From the NCBI GenBank assembly GCA_964357615.1, contig CAYHMC010000001.1, positions 66,602-130,601 on the forward strand: a stretch of DNA of 64,000 bases, in the 5' to 3' direction. The notes beneath the pieces are model-generated. The model saw nothing but the letters and a program-made list of their open reading frames with translations, was not told where the DNA came from and did not search any database. Shown one piece after another: positions 47,296 through 58,084 of this stretch. The first letter of the stretch is position 1. The number at the start of each line of letters is the position of its first letter. The DNA is from an uncultured Candidatus Saccharibacteria bacterium (GTDB lineage Bacteria > Patescibacteriota > Minisyncoccia > UBA6257 > JACOXY01). A program made the position numbers and the translations under genes.

Positions 47296-48354
47296 ATGTT
47301 TATCTTATTAACAATTATTGGCTTATCGCTCTTGATTATAGTTCATGAGTTTGGTCATTTTATTACAGCAAAGTTATTTGGACTTAGGGTAGATGAGTTC
47401 GGATTTGGTTTGCCACCAAGAGCCTTAGGTAAAAAATTTGGAGAAACAATTTATAGCTTAAATTGGTTGCCGTTTGGTGGATTTGTAAAAATCTACGGCG
47501 AAGACACTGCAGGTGAGCAGGTTACAATGGCAAGAAAACAAAAAGAAGTATCTGACGATTTACAAAATCGTTCTTTTGCATATCAATCAGCGTGGAAAAG
47601 ATCCGTTGTAATACTCTCCGGCGTAACAATGAATTTTATTTTAGGATGGATTTTAATTTCGACTGTTTTGATGATTGGCAGGGAGGCCGGAATATATATA
47701 TCACAAATCGACCCAAGTGGTCCTGCTGTAGGTGCAGGAATAATGCTTGGAGACCGCATTATCGGATATACTAAGGCAGAAGAGTTTATTAAATATGTGA
47801 ATGATAATCGTGGCGCAGAAATTAAATTCACTGTTTTAAGGGCTGGCAATAATGAAGTTATTTCTGTTGTTCCAAGACTAAGCCCACCACCCAATCAAGG
47901 CGCGCTTGGCATTGCACTTGATGAAGAAGATGGAATAAAGCTTGGTTTTTTCGAAGCTTTTTATAGTGGTGCAGTTGCGACATATAATTTAATATGGCTA
48001 ATTTTATCTGCATTTTTTGGTTTTATTTCAAGTCTTTTTACACAAGGTGCGAATCTCTCGGATGTTTCAGGACCAATTGGTATATTTAAAATAGCAGGAA
48101 CTGCCGGAGCTCTTGGAATTGCTACATTTTTAAATTTTTTCGCATTAATTTCTATAAATCTTGGTGTTATCAATGCATTACCGTTTCCAGCACTAGACGG
48201 CGGAAGATTTTTATTTATTTTGATTGAAAAGATAAAGGGTAGTCCTTTGCCAGTTAAGTTTGAACGCATTGCAAACGGCATTGGTTTTGCGCTCTTAATC
48301 GTACTTATGATTCTTGTTACAATAAGAGATATTCAAAATATTGTAACTGGGTAA
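47296..48354 (+). CDS. rseP: Site-2 (RIP) zinc metalloprotease RseP-like
   Basis: HEFGHF (HExxH), a PDZ segment, and NALPFPALDGG (the LDG motif). Confidence 0.85.
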   Translation: MFILLTIIGLSLLIIVHEFGHFITAKLFGLRVDEFGFGLPPRALGKKFGETIYSLNWLPFGGFVKIYGEDTAGEQVTMARKQKEVSDDLQNRSFAYQSAWKRSVVILSGVTMNFILGWILISTVLMIGREAGIYISQIDPSGPAVGAGIMLGDRIIGYTKAEEFIKYVNDNRGAEIKFTVLRAGNNEVISVVPRLSPPPNQGALGIALDEEDGIKLGFFEAFYSGAVATYNLIWLILSAFFGFISSLFTQGANLSDVSGPIGIFKIAGTAGALGIATFLNFFALISINLGVINALPFPALDGGRFLFILIEKIKGSPLPVKFERIANGIGFALLIVLMILVTIRDIQNIVTG

Positions 48355-48416
48355 CAAATATTCGAATATGTTATAATTTAATAAAGAGAGATTTTAATTT
48401 CTCGTGTTGTTATTTT

Positions 48417-51400
48417 ATGGCAGATTCTTTTAATATAAATAGTTTTAAGTTAGTAGTAAAATTTTTTTTTATTATCAGCCTAATTATTGGCGCCACCTTA
48501 TCATTATTTGTTTATTTAAATTATTCCAAGCCAATTCTGTCAGCAAATGCATCTATTGCAGACGATTTTAAAATTCAAAGGAATTGCACTTCGTCAACAG
48601 AAAGCTCGGTAACACTAGTTGCTGGAACAGCCTATATTGCCCCAACAGCTACTAATAATGCATTTATAAGGCTTACTAGCACTAAATTAACAGGAGCGGG
48701 TAAATTGGGTAGTGGTGGTTCTCAGTCACCAAACCAATACACTTGGTATATAAGCGACCCAGATTTCTCTGGAAATTCAGTTACTTTTACTAGAGATTCT
48801 TCGGCTAATAACCAATTTTTTTGCTGGGAAATAATAGAATATATTGGTCCAACCGGAGGACCAAATGAATTTATTGTTTCTAAATTTGGCACAGTCACAT
48901 ATACAAATGGTACAGACTTAACATACTCTGCTCTAACGCCTGTTGATCCAACTTCTGTTAGTAAATCAGTAATTTTTATAACTGGTCAAAATAGCATAAG
49001 TGGAACTGCGGCTAATATTGCCTCGGCCCAAAATACTGCGGAATGGTCAAGTAGCACACCTATTTTTAGAAGAGGTATAGCCACTAACAATGCAAATAGC
49101 ATAAGTTACGCGGTTGTACATTTTAGAGGAACAAACTGGTCAGTTCAGAGAACTGAGCATCAGTTTTTAATAGCTGGATTTACAGAAATGCAACCAATAT
49201 CAAGTGTTGGCAATATATCCCAAGCTTTTACTCACGCACAGTTTAGAAGAAGTGATTCAAATACTAATACATATGATGGAGGTGCCGAGATGTGGTTATC
49301 TTCTACAACTCAGGCCAGTTTTAAGTTGCATCCAGGTGCGCAAGCTTCTGGTAAATACGGAGTTCTTTGGATTGTGAGTAACTCAGAATCAAGCCCAACA
49401 ACCAAATTGAAAGTCCAACACATTATTGGCGCAAGACCTGCTGGCCCAGGTAATTTTGATTCTTGGTCCCACGCCATTCCAACTCCTGTAGCAAGTTTAG
49501 AAAGTACTTCAATTATGGGAGAATCGAATAGCACCGAAGGAAGTACAAGTAGGTTTCCTGGAGGTTGGATTAGTATTACTGCATCAACCACCTCGTATGT
49601 TCAGCTTTATCAATCTGATGATTTGCGAGCCAATTATTATCGTTTTCAAGTAGTCGAATGGCCAAAAAGTAACCCTGTAGTTATTAGTCAAAGTGCCTAT
49701 AGATTTTTTAATAATTTAGACAGCACAAGCGTTGGTACCGCACTTGCAAGCACAAGTGTAGCGGCCACTTTGCCAAGTTCGGGAGCGTCCTTTAGATTGA
49801 GGTTGTTGCTTCACGCAAGTAGTTCGCAGATGAGCGTTAGTGCAAATACATTCAGGCTTCAGTATGCGCAGTCAACAGATGCAGGATGCATTGGATATAC
49901 CGATATTAGCACTTCAACCCCAATCGCATTTATAAATAACGCTAGTGTTTCAGATCATGTTGCACTAACGGTATCATCTGATGACCCAAGCCATGGAAAT
50001 GATCCAGTAATCGTCCAAACATATAACGAATCAAATAATTTTACGAATTCTATCGGAATGGTACCGGTCGGCCAAGATGGAATTTTTGATTTTGCTTTGC
50101 GCGATAATGGCGCAGAGCCAAGCACACCCTATTGTCTAAAAGCTGAATATAATTTTAATGAAGATATTGGGAATCATATATATGACAATATAAAATATAC
50201 TGAATATTCCCCCGCTTCCCTAATGGCAACAGGAGTTGGGTTTGCGTTTAGTCCAGATGGACAAGCAGCATACTATTTAGATACTTATAATAATATACAT
50301 ATATATAGCTTAGGTACTGCGTGGGATGTAAGTACCATGTCTCAAGGTGGAAGTTACGCCTTAGACGATGGCTCATTTGATCCTGACAATCTGGACATAA
50401 AAGATTTTGCAATTAAAGCCGATGGAACAAAATTATATGCACTAAGAACTGATAGAAAAGAAATAATGCAATATTCATTTGCAGTTCCATGGGATTTTAA
50501 CACTTTAACTCATGATGTTGGGGTGAAACTAACTCTAAATAGTCATAACGGAAGCACTCCTTGGTCACTTGCAGTTAGTAATGACGCTAAAAGATTTTAT
50601 ATAGGATATTTTCATCCACCTCATAATATTTATCAGTATTCATTGGCGGGAGAAGAATTAAACACAGGAACATATGATAATAAATATATCTATGTTGGTG
50701 AAGGTAGCCAAGCAATGGGATTATTTTTTAGCGGTGATGGCTCAAAAATATATATTGCTGGCGGTGGCGGAAGTGGCGCCGGCGGTTTTATTGGTTCATT
50801 ATACAACGATATCAAATCTTGGTTTTATAATAAATTAGCTTGGTTCAAAACTGATATCGCATATGGTTTTGGCGCCGGCGGTGCAGCTGGTGGTGGGCAA
50901 TGTACGCTCACAACTCCATGGGATATATCGACCGCAACATGTGATACGGTAAAATATTTGTCCGGTGACGACAGCGATGGGACGCCCGCTGGTATAGAAG
51001 CTATGGTTTTAGGAGATAATCACACAAAGTTATATCTTTTTGGTATTAAAACAGACGAATTTGCACCCTATGCACAATTTGGTGTTGTTTATCAGCATTC
51101 ACTTGCAGAGTCACCGCTTACAACAATGTCATATAATTTAATACCTCAACTTACAACTTCAGCGACATCAACTACTTTTTCATCGCTTATACAAAATAGT
51201 TATAGATGGTATGGAGATGTAAACTCTAAAGACCCTACAAATAATGACGCAATTGCATTAGAAAATACTAAAATTAATAATTTAGCTACAAATAGAAATC
51301 GCCATTTAAGGATTAGTGTTAAATCACCAGATGGAGATTTTCCAGTAAATAATTCTTTTAAACTTCAATACCAAAAAGCCACAACAACAGGTTCGTGGAC

Positions 51401-52055
51401 GACGGTTGGTTCGGGTGGAAGTCCTGCTTTTAGTGGTAATAATTATGGGTGTTGTGTAAGTGGTGAAAATATTAATTCGCTCTTACTCATTGGTTCAAGT
51501 ATAAAAGAAACATATGAAGAGGGTGGAACAACCGGAACAACCACAAACATAATAACAACCGGTAACATAGCGGAATGGGATTTTGGAATACACAGCAACG
51601 CAAGTGCCGAGCTAGGTGCTACTTATTATTTTAGAATGATAGGGTCTAATGATGTTGTTTTTAATAGCTATCTAAACTATCCATCACTTTCAGTTTCTCC
51701 GGATGGTGCAACTTCAGCTGGCGAAGTTAAGTCAATTATTTATGACACACAAAGCTTAGGAAGCGCACAACTCAATTCATTTTTATGGGAAGGTACGCAA
51801 CCCGACGCAAGTTCAATTGTTAAGTTGCAATTTGCTTCCGCAACTTCTAGTTCACCTTCTGGTGGCTGGGATTCACTGTTTAGTGGCCCCCAAGGAACAC
51901 TCAGTTGGTATACTTCATCAGGCCCGAACATTCAGACTGTTTTAAATCCTAGCCATCATAAAGGTATTCGGTATTTTAGATATAAAGTTAGGCTAGAATC
52001 ATCTTCTGGAATTAGTCCGGTAGTTAAAAGAGTGATAGTTAATTGGTCGCCATAA
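48417..52055 (+). CDS. Giant (1212 aa) Ser/Thr/Asn-rich secreted or surface protein with an N-terminal signal anchor and internal beta-propeller-like repeats
   Basis: Recurrent about 50-aa units (DG..LY...I..YS...PWD.ST). Low-complexity regions. No enzymatic motif. Confidence 0.75.
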   Translation: MADSFNINSFKLVVKFFFIISLIIGATLSLFVYLNYSKPILSANASIADDFKIQRNCTSSTESSVTLVAGTAYIAPTATNNAFIRLTSTKLTGAGKLGSGGSQSPNQYTWYISDPDFSGNSVTFTRDSSANNQFFCWEIIEYIGPTGGPNEFIVSKFGTVTYTNGTDLTYSALTPVDPTSVSKSVIFITGQNSISGTAANIASAQNTAEWSSSTPIFRRGIATNNANSISYAVVHFRGTNWSVQRTEHQFLIAGFTEMQPISSVGNISQAFTHAQFRRSDSNTNTYDGGAEMWLSSTTQASFKLHPGAQASGKYGVLWIVSNSESSPTTKLKVQHIIGARPAGPGNFDSWSHAIPTPVASLESTSIMGESNSTEGSTSRFPGGWISITASTTSYVQLYQSDDLRANYYRFQVVEWPKSNPVVISQSAYRFFNNLDSTSVGTALASTSVAATLPSSGASFRLRLLLHASSSQMSVSANTFRLQYAQSTDAGCIGYTDISTSTPIAFINNASVSDHVALTVSSDDPSHGNDPVIVQTYNESNNFTNSIGMVPVGQDGIFDFALRDNGAEPSTPYCLKAEYNFNEDIGNHIYDNIKYTEYSPASLMATGVGFAFSPDGQAAYYLDTYNNIHIYSLGTAWDVSTMSQGGSYALDDGSFDPDNLDIKDFAIKADGTKLYALRTDRKEIMQYSFAVPWDFNTLTHDVGVKLTLNSHNGSTPWSLAVSNDAKRFYIGYFHPPHNIYQYSLAGEELNTGTYDNKYIYVGEGSQAMGLFFSGDGSKIYIAGGGGSGAGGFIGSLYNDIKSWFYNKLAWFKTDIAYGFGAGGAAGGGQCTLTTPWDISTATCDTVKYLSGDDSDGTPAGIEAMVLGDNHTKLYLFGIKTDEFAPYAQFGVVYQHSLAESPLTTMSYNLIPQLTTSATSTTFSSLIQNSYRWYGDVNSKDPTNNDAIALENTKINNLATNRNRHLRISVKSPDGDFPVNNSFKLQYQKATTTGSWTTVGSGGSPAFSGNNYGCCVSGENINSLLLIGSSIKETYEEGGTTGTTTNIITTGNIAEWDFGIHSNASAELGATYYFRMIGSNDVVFNSYLNYPSLSVSPDGATSAGEVKSIIYDTQSLGSAQLNSFLWEGTQPDASSIVKLQFASATSSSPSGGWDSLFSGPQGTLSWYTSSGPNIQTVLNPSHHKGIRYFRYKVRLESSSGISPVVKRVIVNWSP

Positions 52056-52096
52056 ATATATGTTGCGTAGTTATAAAATAAATATATAATGAGTGA

Positions 52097-53329
52097 ATGT
52101 TAGTAACAGATTTATTTTCAAAAACTGCAAAAGAATTTCCTAAAGATGAAGAATCTTTAAATGCAAAATTTCTAATAAAGGCAGGTTTTATTAGAAAATT
52201 ATCATCTGGTGTTTATTCATACCTACCGCTTGGATTAAAAGTTATTAAAAAAATTGAGCAAATTGTAAGAGAAGAAATGAATGTGCTTCCATCTGAAGAG
52301 CTATTGATGCCTAGCTTGATAACGAAAAGTATTTGGGAAAAAAGTGGCAGATGGGATGTTGATGTTGTTTATAAAATAAATGAAGATGGAGTTGGAGAGT
52401 TTGGACTAGGGTGGACTCACGAAGAAGTTATTACTGATATCGCAACGCATTTTATATTTTCTTACGAGGATTTACCAAAATCCGTTTATCAAATTCAAAC
52501 AAAATTTAGAAGAGAGCCGAGGGCTAAGTCAGGACTTCTTCGTGGCCGTGAGTTTATAATGAAAGATTTATATAGCTTTCATAAAAGCGAAGAAGACTTA
52601 AATAGTTACTATCAAAAAATTATAGATTCGTATTCTAAAGTATTTAAAAGGCTAGACTTAGATGCCAAAGTCGTTACTGCTGGCGGAGGACTCTTTACTA
52701 AAAATACTACCCATGAATTTCAAGTGTTTGCTGAGTCGGGCGAAGATATTATTTTTTATTGTTCTGAATGTGATTTTGCGGTAAATAAGGAAATTGCTAA
52801 AAATGAAAAGGGAGATAAGTGTCCAAATTGCACTGATGGAGAAATAGAGGTAAAAAATGCGATAGAGGTTGCGAATGTATTTAGACAGGGAACAAAATAT
52901 AGTGAGGCATTTGGTCTTAATTTTAAAGATTCTGATGGTGTTTCGAAGCCAGTTTGGCATGGGTCGTATGGAATTGGAATCTCGCGCATTATGGGTACTT
53001 TGGCTGAAATTAAGAACGATAAAAATGGAATTATATGGCCAGATTCTGTCTCTCCATTTAAAGTGTACTTAATTGACTTAAATGGTGAATCATCTGATAA
53101 ATGTGATAAATTATATAAGGCTTTACAAGAAAATGCCCTCGAGGTAATATACGACAAAAGAAATAATGTTTCTGCTGGTGAGAAATTTGCAAATGCGGAT
53201 CTTCTTGGTATTCCTTGGAGAGCAGTTATGAGTAAAAAAACTGGTGATAAAGTTGAGATTAAAAAAAGAACAGGTGATGAAGTGAAAATTGTTGATGTGA
53301 ATGAGTTTATTCAAATTCTGAAGGGCTAG
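52097..53329 (+). CDS. proS: Prolyl-tRNA synthetase (compact form with a Zn-ribbon insert in place of an editing domain)
   Basis: ProRS N-terminus LFSKTAKEFPKDEESLNAKFLIKAGFIR. Class II motif 2 FRREPRAKSGLLRGREFIMKDLYSFH. Insert CSECDF...CPNC. C-terminal anticodon-binding domain. Confidence 0.8.
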   Translation: MLVTDLFSKTAKEFPKDEESLNAKFLIKAGFIRKLSSGVYSYLPLGLKVIKKIEQIVREEMNVLPSEELLMPSLITKSIWEKSGRWDVDVVYKINEDGVGEFGLGWTHEEVITDIATHFIFSYEDLPKSVYQIQTKFRREPRAKSGLLRGREFIMKDLYSFHKSEEDLNSYYQKIIDSYSKVFKRLDLDAKVVTAGGGLFTKNTTHEFQVFAESGEDIIFYCSECDFAVNKEIAKNEKGDKCPNCTDGEIEVKNAIEVANVFRQGTKYSEAFGLNFKDSDGVSKPVWHGSYGIGISRIMGTLAEIKNDKNGIIWPDSVSPFKVYLIDLNGESSDKCDKLYKALQENALEVIYDKRNNVSAGEKFANADLLGIPWRAVMSKKTGDKVEIKKRTGDEVKIVDVNEFIQILKG

Positions 53330-53377
53330 TAGACTAATTTATTTTTAAACATATTAGTTATTAGCTATTAATAAAAA

Positions 53378-54421
53378 ATGGCCTTATTTAAATATTATTC
53401 AAAAAATATCGGGATTGATTTAGGTACTGCAAATCTACTTATTTATCTTGCACACAAAGGAATTGTTGTTAACCAGCCGTCTGTGGCAGCCGTTAACGCA
53501 AAAACTATGAATATTCTTTCGGTTGGGGATGAGGCAAAAAAAATGATATCTCGAACCCCCACGCATATAAATGTAATCAGACCATTGGTTAACGGAGTTA
53601 TTTCTGATTTTGAAGTAACGCAGGAATTGTTAAAACATTTTTTCAATCTTTCTGGAGGTGGTAGATTTTTTGGCTTTGGAAAAGCAGTACTGGGAGTTCC
53701 AAGCAATCTAACTGAAGTGGAGAGAAAATCAGTAGAAGATGCCGCTATTGGAGCAGGTGCAAGACGCGCTTATGTAATAGAAGAAACTGTGGCCGCCACT
53801 ATTGGCGCCGGACTTCCAATTAATGAACCAACTTCAAATATGATTGTTGATATTGGTGGTGGAACCACTGATATTGCTATTATCTCGCTTGGTGGCTCTG
53901 TTGTGTCTCGTAGCTTAAAAATAGCAGGTGATCATTTTAATCAAGATATAATTAATTTTGTTCGTGATGAATTTAAATTATTAATAGGTGAGCCAACGGC
54001 AGAGGAAATTAAAATTGCAGTTGGGTCAGCAGTGCCTCTTTCTGAAAAACTTGAACTTTATATCCGTGGTAGAGACTTGGTAAGCGGTTTGCCACGAGAA
54101 ATAGTAATAAAAAATACTCATGCGAGAGTTGCGCTCGCTCGCTCATTAAAATATATCGTGGAAGCTATTCGAGAAGTTATCGAAACTGCACCACCAGAAC
54201 TAGCAGGAGATATTTACAAAAACGGTCTTTACCTTTGTGGTGGCGGTAGCTTGCTTCGAGGTATTGCAGAATTAATTAGCAGAGAACTTTCTGTAAAATG
54301 TTATATAATTGATGAACCTCTCACATGTGTTGTAAGGGGCATCGGAAAGGTTATTGAAAACTTTGAGACGCATAAAAAATTCTTGGATAATCCTGTGCGA
54401 CCAAAAGACATCAGTCTTTAA
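53378..54421 (+). CDS. mreB: Rod-shape-determining actin homologue MreB
   Basis: IGIDLGTANL...NQPSVAA and DIGGGTTDIAIISLGG. Confidence 0.9.
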   Translation: MALFKYYSKNIGIDLGTANLLIYLAHKGIVVNQPSVAAVNAKTMNILSVGDEAKKMISRTPTHINVIRPLVNGVISDFEVTQELLKHFFNLSGGGRFFGFGKAVLGVPSNLTEVERKSVEDAAIGAGARRAYVIEETVAATIGAGLPINEPTSNMIVDIGGGTTDIAIISLGGSVVSRSLKIAGDHFNQDIINFVRDEFKLLIGEPTAEEIKIAVGSAVPLSEKLELYIRGRDLVSGLPREIVIKNTHARVALARSLKYIVEAIREVIETAPPELAGDIYKNGLYLCGGGSLLRGIAELISRELSVKCYIIDEPLTCVVRGIGKVIENFETHKKFLDNPVRPKDISL

Positions 54422-54458
54422 TTTTGCAAAGTTATAGGTACTAAGTTTATGCAAAAAA

Positions 54459-56378
54459 ATGCATAAATATGTAACAATGAAAAAAGCAGAAGACTTAAAT
54501 CTCGAAGAGATATTTCATGAAAGCAGGGGACAACAAAGATCATTAGAGATGTCGCTTACGCGTAGCGTATTTTATGGTTTTTATGCATTCTTTATAATAC
54601 TAGTCTTTATTTTTTCTTTCCGAATTTTTATTCTCGCTGGTTATAATGGAAAATTTTATTCAAAACGAGCCTTAGCAAATGTTAATAAAGAAGTATATAT
54701 TCCGGCTCCACGCGGTATTATATATGACAGAAATAATATAATCTTAGCAGATAATAAACCAAGTTTTTCAGTCTCTATAAAATTATCAGAGTTTCGAAAA
54801 AATCAGGCAGAAATTACCACATTTTTAAAGGATAAAATAAATATTTCCGAGGCTGAAATATTAAGTACAATTAAAAACTCTAAACTGGAAGAAAGTGATT
54901 TAGTTATCATTAGTAATACAATAAATGAAGATGAGTTGATTAAGCTTAAGGCCGTTGATATTAAAGGACTTTATATAGAAGATAATTATCTAAGAAATTA
55001 TCCACATAAAGATTCATTTTCCCATGTTGTTGGATATGTGGATACCGAAAATATTGGACGAACTGGTTTGGAATCTTTTTATGAAACAAACTTAGATGGC
55101 ACAGATGGCGCTTTGGTTAAACAGTATAATGCGAAAGGGGACTTGCTAGATTCAAGAGAGTTGAGAAAATCTATACCAGGGATTGACCTCGCAACAACAA
55201 TTGATGCCGAATTACAAATTTATTTAAAAAACCAGTTACTTGAAAGAATTAGAATTTTAGGAAGGTCGGGTGGAGTCGGCGTTGCTATAAATCCTAAAAA
55301 TGGTGAAGTTTTAGCATTGGTAAGCGCGCCAACATTTGATGCAAATTTATTTTCAACCAACAGCACCAAAGAAACTTCAAGTATTAGAAAAGAAATTCTG
55401 CAATCTAAAGCTAGACCACTTTTCGATAGGGCAATTTCTGGAATATACAACCCTGGTTCAACTATCAAACCACTAGTTGCCGTAGCGGCGCTTTCTGAAA
55501 ATATTATAACTACACAAAAAACAATACATTCAAAGGGGTTTGTTGAAATTCCAAATATTTACAACCCAGAATTGCCGAGCAGGTTTCTCGATTGGAAACC
55601 AAATGGCTGGGTGGATTTGTATTCAGCTTTAGCAAAGTCATCAAACATATATTTTTATGCTGTTGGTGGTGGATTTCCATCTGGTGGTGGCGCAGAAGTT
55701 GGAGCAGACAAAATGGTTGGTCTTGGAATAGATAGGCTAATAAAATGGTGGAAAATATTTGGTTTTGGAGAGAAAACAGGAATCGATTTAAATGGTGAAA
55801 ATAAAGGCTTTTTGCCCAACCCGACTGAAAAAGAGTTGCGTACTGGTACGCCTTGGAGAATTGGAGATACCTACAATGTCTCTATTGGACAAGGGGATTT
55901 GCTCATAAGCCCATTACAGCTTGTAAATTATATTGGCGCCATTGCAAATAATGGAAAACTTTATGAATTACATTTAAATAAACTGCTCGAACCAAAATTA
56001 ATTCGCACTATTGATGCCGAAGAAAATCAGATAAATGAAGTGAGAAAGGGTATGCGTGATGTAGTTAAAATGCCATACGGCACGGCACATTCATTAAATA
56101 CACTTCCATTTGATGTTGCCGCAAAAACTGGAACCGCACAGGTTCAAAATAATTTTAAAACAAATGCATTTACTGTTGCGTTTGCGCCTTATGACAATCC
56201 CGAAATTGCAATTATAATTCTTATTGAAGATGCCAGAGACGGCAGCGTTAACTCAATACCCGTGGCGCACAATGTTTTGGAATGGTATTATTGGAATAGA
56301 ATAGTAAAACAACCTAAGTTAAGCGTGTCTAATCCTCTTTCATCAACAAGCACAGTTCCTACTTCCACAATTGAATAA
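54459..56378 (+). CDS. mrdA: Penicillin-binding protein 2-like class B transpeptidase
   Basis: SxxK as STIKP, SxN, KTG as KTGTAQV, and an N-terminal TM. Confidence 0.9.
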   Translation: MHKYVTMKKAEDLNLEEIFHESRGQQRSLEMSLTRSVFYGFYAFFIILVFIFSFRIFILAGYNGKFYSKRALANVNKEVYIPAPRGIIYDRNNIILADNKPSFSVSIKLSEFRKNQAEITTFLKDKINISEAEILSTIKNSKLEESDLVIISNTINEDELIKLKAVDIKGLYIEDNYLRNYPHKDSFSHVVGYVDTENIGRTGLESFYETNLDGTDGALVKQYNAKGDLLDSRELRKSIPGIDLATTIDAELQIYLKNQLLERIRILGRSGGVGVAINPKNGEVLALVSAPTFDANLFSTNSTKETSSIRKEILQSKARPLFDRAISGIYNPGSTIKPLVAVAALSENIITTQKTIHSKGFVEIPNIYNPELPSRFLDWKPNGWVDLYSALAKSSNIYFYAVGGGFPSGGGAEVGADKMVGLGIDRLIKWWKIFGFGEKTGIDLNGENKGFLPNPTEKELRTGTPWRIGDTYNVSIGQGDLLISPLQLVNYIGAIANNGKLYELHLNKLLEPKLIRTIDAEENQINEVRKGMRDVVKMPYGTAHSLNTLPFDVAAKTGTAQVQNNFKTNAFTVAFAPYDNPEIAIIILIEDARDGSVNSIPVAHNVLEWYYWNRIVKQPKLSVSNPLSSTSTVPTSTIE

Positions 56379-56745
56379 TCTAGATACTATGATTGGAATT
56401 TATTTTAAACAAGTTTTCAAACGATATTCGATAAACATACTGTTTTCTATCAGCTTATTATTGTTATGTTTTAGCGCTTCGATCGTGTATGTTCATTTTG
56501 CGACCATATCAGAATCGAACATCATTCTTTATATTAATGAGCACAAAGATTTAGTAACAAACGGGTCAATAGGGGATTTATATGCATTCATTATCCTTGG
56601 TTTTGTATTTGTTCTTACAAATTACTTTATTACACAAGAACTCATTTCAAAAAATACATATTTAGTTAATGTAACGACTTATGGCTCAATATTTCTTTCA
56701 TTCTTGATTTTATTAGCTATCAATGCTATAATCAAACTCAATTAG
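56371..56745 (+). CDS. Membrane protein (4 TM), hypothetical
   Basis: 124-aa hydrophobic ORF overlapping the PBP2 stop. Confidence 0.45.
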   Translation: MNNLDTMIGIYFKQVFKRYSINILFSISLLLLCFSASIVYVHFATISESNIILYINEHKDLVTNGSIGDLYAFIILGFVFVLTNYFITQELISKNTYLVNVTTYGSIFLSFLILLAINAIIKLN

Positions 56746-56768
56746 TTTTAATTAGCAGTATCAAAAAT

Positions 56769-57074
56769 ATGAATTTCGCAGTAATAAAAACAGGAGGTAA
56801 GCAATACTTAGTTAAAAAAGGTTCAAAATTAAAAATCGAAAAACTCGCAAATACTGAAGGTGATATCAGTTTTGACAATGTTTTGCTTAAGGTTGATGGT
56901 GATGAATTTAAAATTGGAACTCCAAAAATTGAGGGGGCTGTGGTTTTGGCAAAACTAGTTAGGTCAGGACGAGAATCAAAGAAAATCGTTTTTAAGTATA
57001 GTTCAAAAACGAGATATCATAAAAAGAAAGGACACAGACAGAATTTTACTGAAATAGAAATTACTAAAATTTAA
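56769..57074 (+). CDS. rplU: 50S ribosomal protein L21
   Basis: MNFAVIKTGGKQYLVKKGSKLKIEKL. An AACCGC-tcaaaag-GCGGTT terminator follows at 57080-57112. Confidence 0.9.
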   Translation: MNFAVIKTGGKQYLVKKGSKLKIEKLANTEGDISFDNVLLKVDGDEFKIGTPKIEGAVVLAKLVRSGRESKKIVFKYSSKTRYHKKKGHRQNFTEIEITKI

Positions 57075-57133
57075 TAAATAAAAGAACCGCTCAAAAGGCG
57101 GTTTTTAAATTTGCAGTAAAACAATTTAATCAA

Positions 57134-57406
57134 TTATTCATCTAAGTTATAAAAATCTACTTTATTATTAATTCTTTTTACTGTTACGGTGCAGTCGCGA
57201 ACCTTAAACTGAGCTGCATTAGACAATCCATCATCATCAACTATAATCTTCGGTCCTAGAATTTGATGTCGTTTTGCTACCAATTTAGCGATTTTGGCAA
57301 CATCATAACATTTTTCCGAATATATTATCTCTGGGGCAAAGGGGAGATGACTAAATGTTACCACAAAAAAATATGTATGCTGTTTAATCATTTCCATCAC
57401 ATCCAT
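57134..57406 (-). CDS. Hypothetical protein downstream of recR
   Basis: 90-aa ORF. Confidence 0.45.
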   Translation of the reverse strand: MDVMEMIKQHTYFFVVTFSHLPFAPEIIYSEKCYDVAKIAKLVAKRHQILGPKIIVDDDGLSNAAQFKVRDCTVTVKRINNKVDFYNLDE

Positions 57407-57483
57407 TTCAGAACTCCGTTCGGTTACTTGAACTGAAATTAGATTACTCTTATGCGTTTTTTTTGTAAAGACCTATAAAAAGC

Positions 57484-58083
57484 TTAAACACGCCTATCAA
57501 TTGCAGCGCCCAAGGTTTCTTCGTCAGCAAATTCAATTTCACCACCAGTTGGAATGCCTCTACCAAGCCTAGTTAATTTTTTAGTAAGCGTACTTAGCTC
57601 TCTGTGAAGCATTGAGGCATTTAAGTCTCCATAACTAGTTGGGCTTACTGCTAAAACTATTTCTTCTGCTTCTCCACCAAATTCTTTCGTAATGTATTTT
57701 TTAAGTGTATCTAGGCGTAATTTTTGCTCTGGTTCCATAATTCCATTTTTGCCTAAATCTCCAAGAACCAAATATCTACCATTAAAGCGTTTTGTTTTTT
57801 CAATCGACATAAGGTCAGTTGCTTTTTCAACAATTGCAATAATATTTTTCATACGCGCTGGGCTTTCGCAAATCGAACATAGTTTATTCTTATTTGTATG
57901 CGGATAGAAACAATCGCTACATAATTTTACTTGTGACATTGCCGATATTGCAGAATCAATTTCAAAGATTAGATTCCTTTCTTCTCCAGATAAATAAAAT
58001 GCTAGTCTAAGCGCCTGCCTAGGACCAATGCCAGGTAGTTTTGCAAGAACTGTTGCGAGTTGTTTTAGTGGTTCGGGTAGCAT
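57484..58083 (-). CDS. recR: Recombination protein RecR
   Basis: HhH LPGIGPRQALRLAFYL, a C4 zinc finger CSDC...CSIC, and a Toprim domain. Confidence 0.9.
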   Translation of the reverse strand: MLPEPLKQLATVLAKLPGIGPRQALRLAFYLSGEERNLIFEIDSAISAMSQVKLCSDCFYPHTNKNKLCSICESPARMKNIIAIVEKATDLMSIEKTKRFNGRYLVLGDLGKNGIMEPEQKLRLDTLKKYITKEFGGEAEEIVLAVSPTSYGDLNASMLHRELSTLTKKLTRLGRGIPTGGEIEFADEETLGAAIDRRV

Positions 58084-58084
58084 A

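Noticed and set aside
57134-57406. YbaB/EbfC identity for the 90-aa ORF near recR, as expected from the conserved dnaX-ybaB-recR linkage.
   Set aside because: The ORF lies downstream of recR, not upstream, and its sequence does not match the YbaB signature. dnaX lies elsewhere, at 9892-11004.
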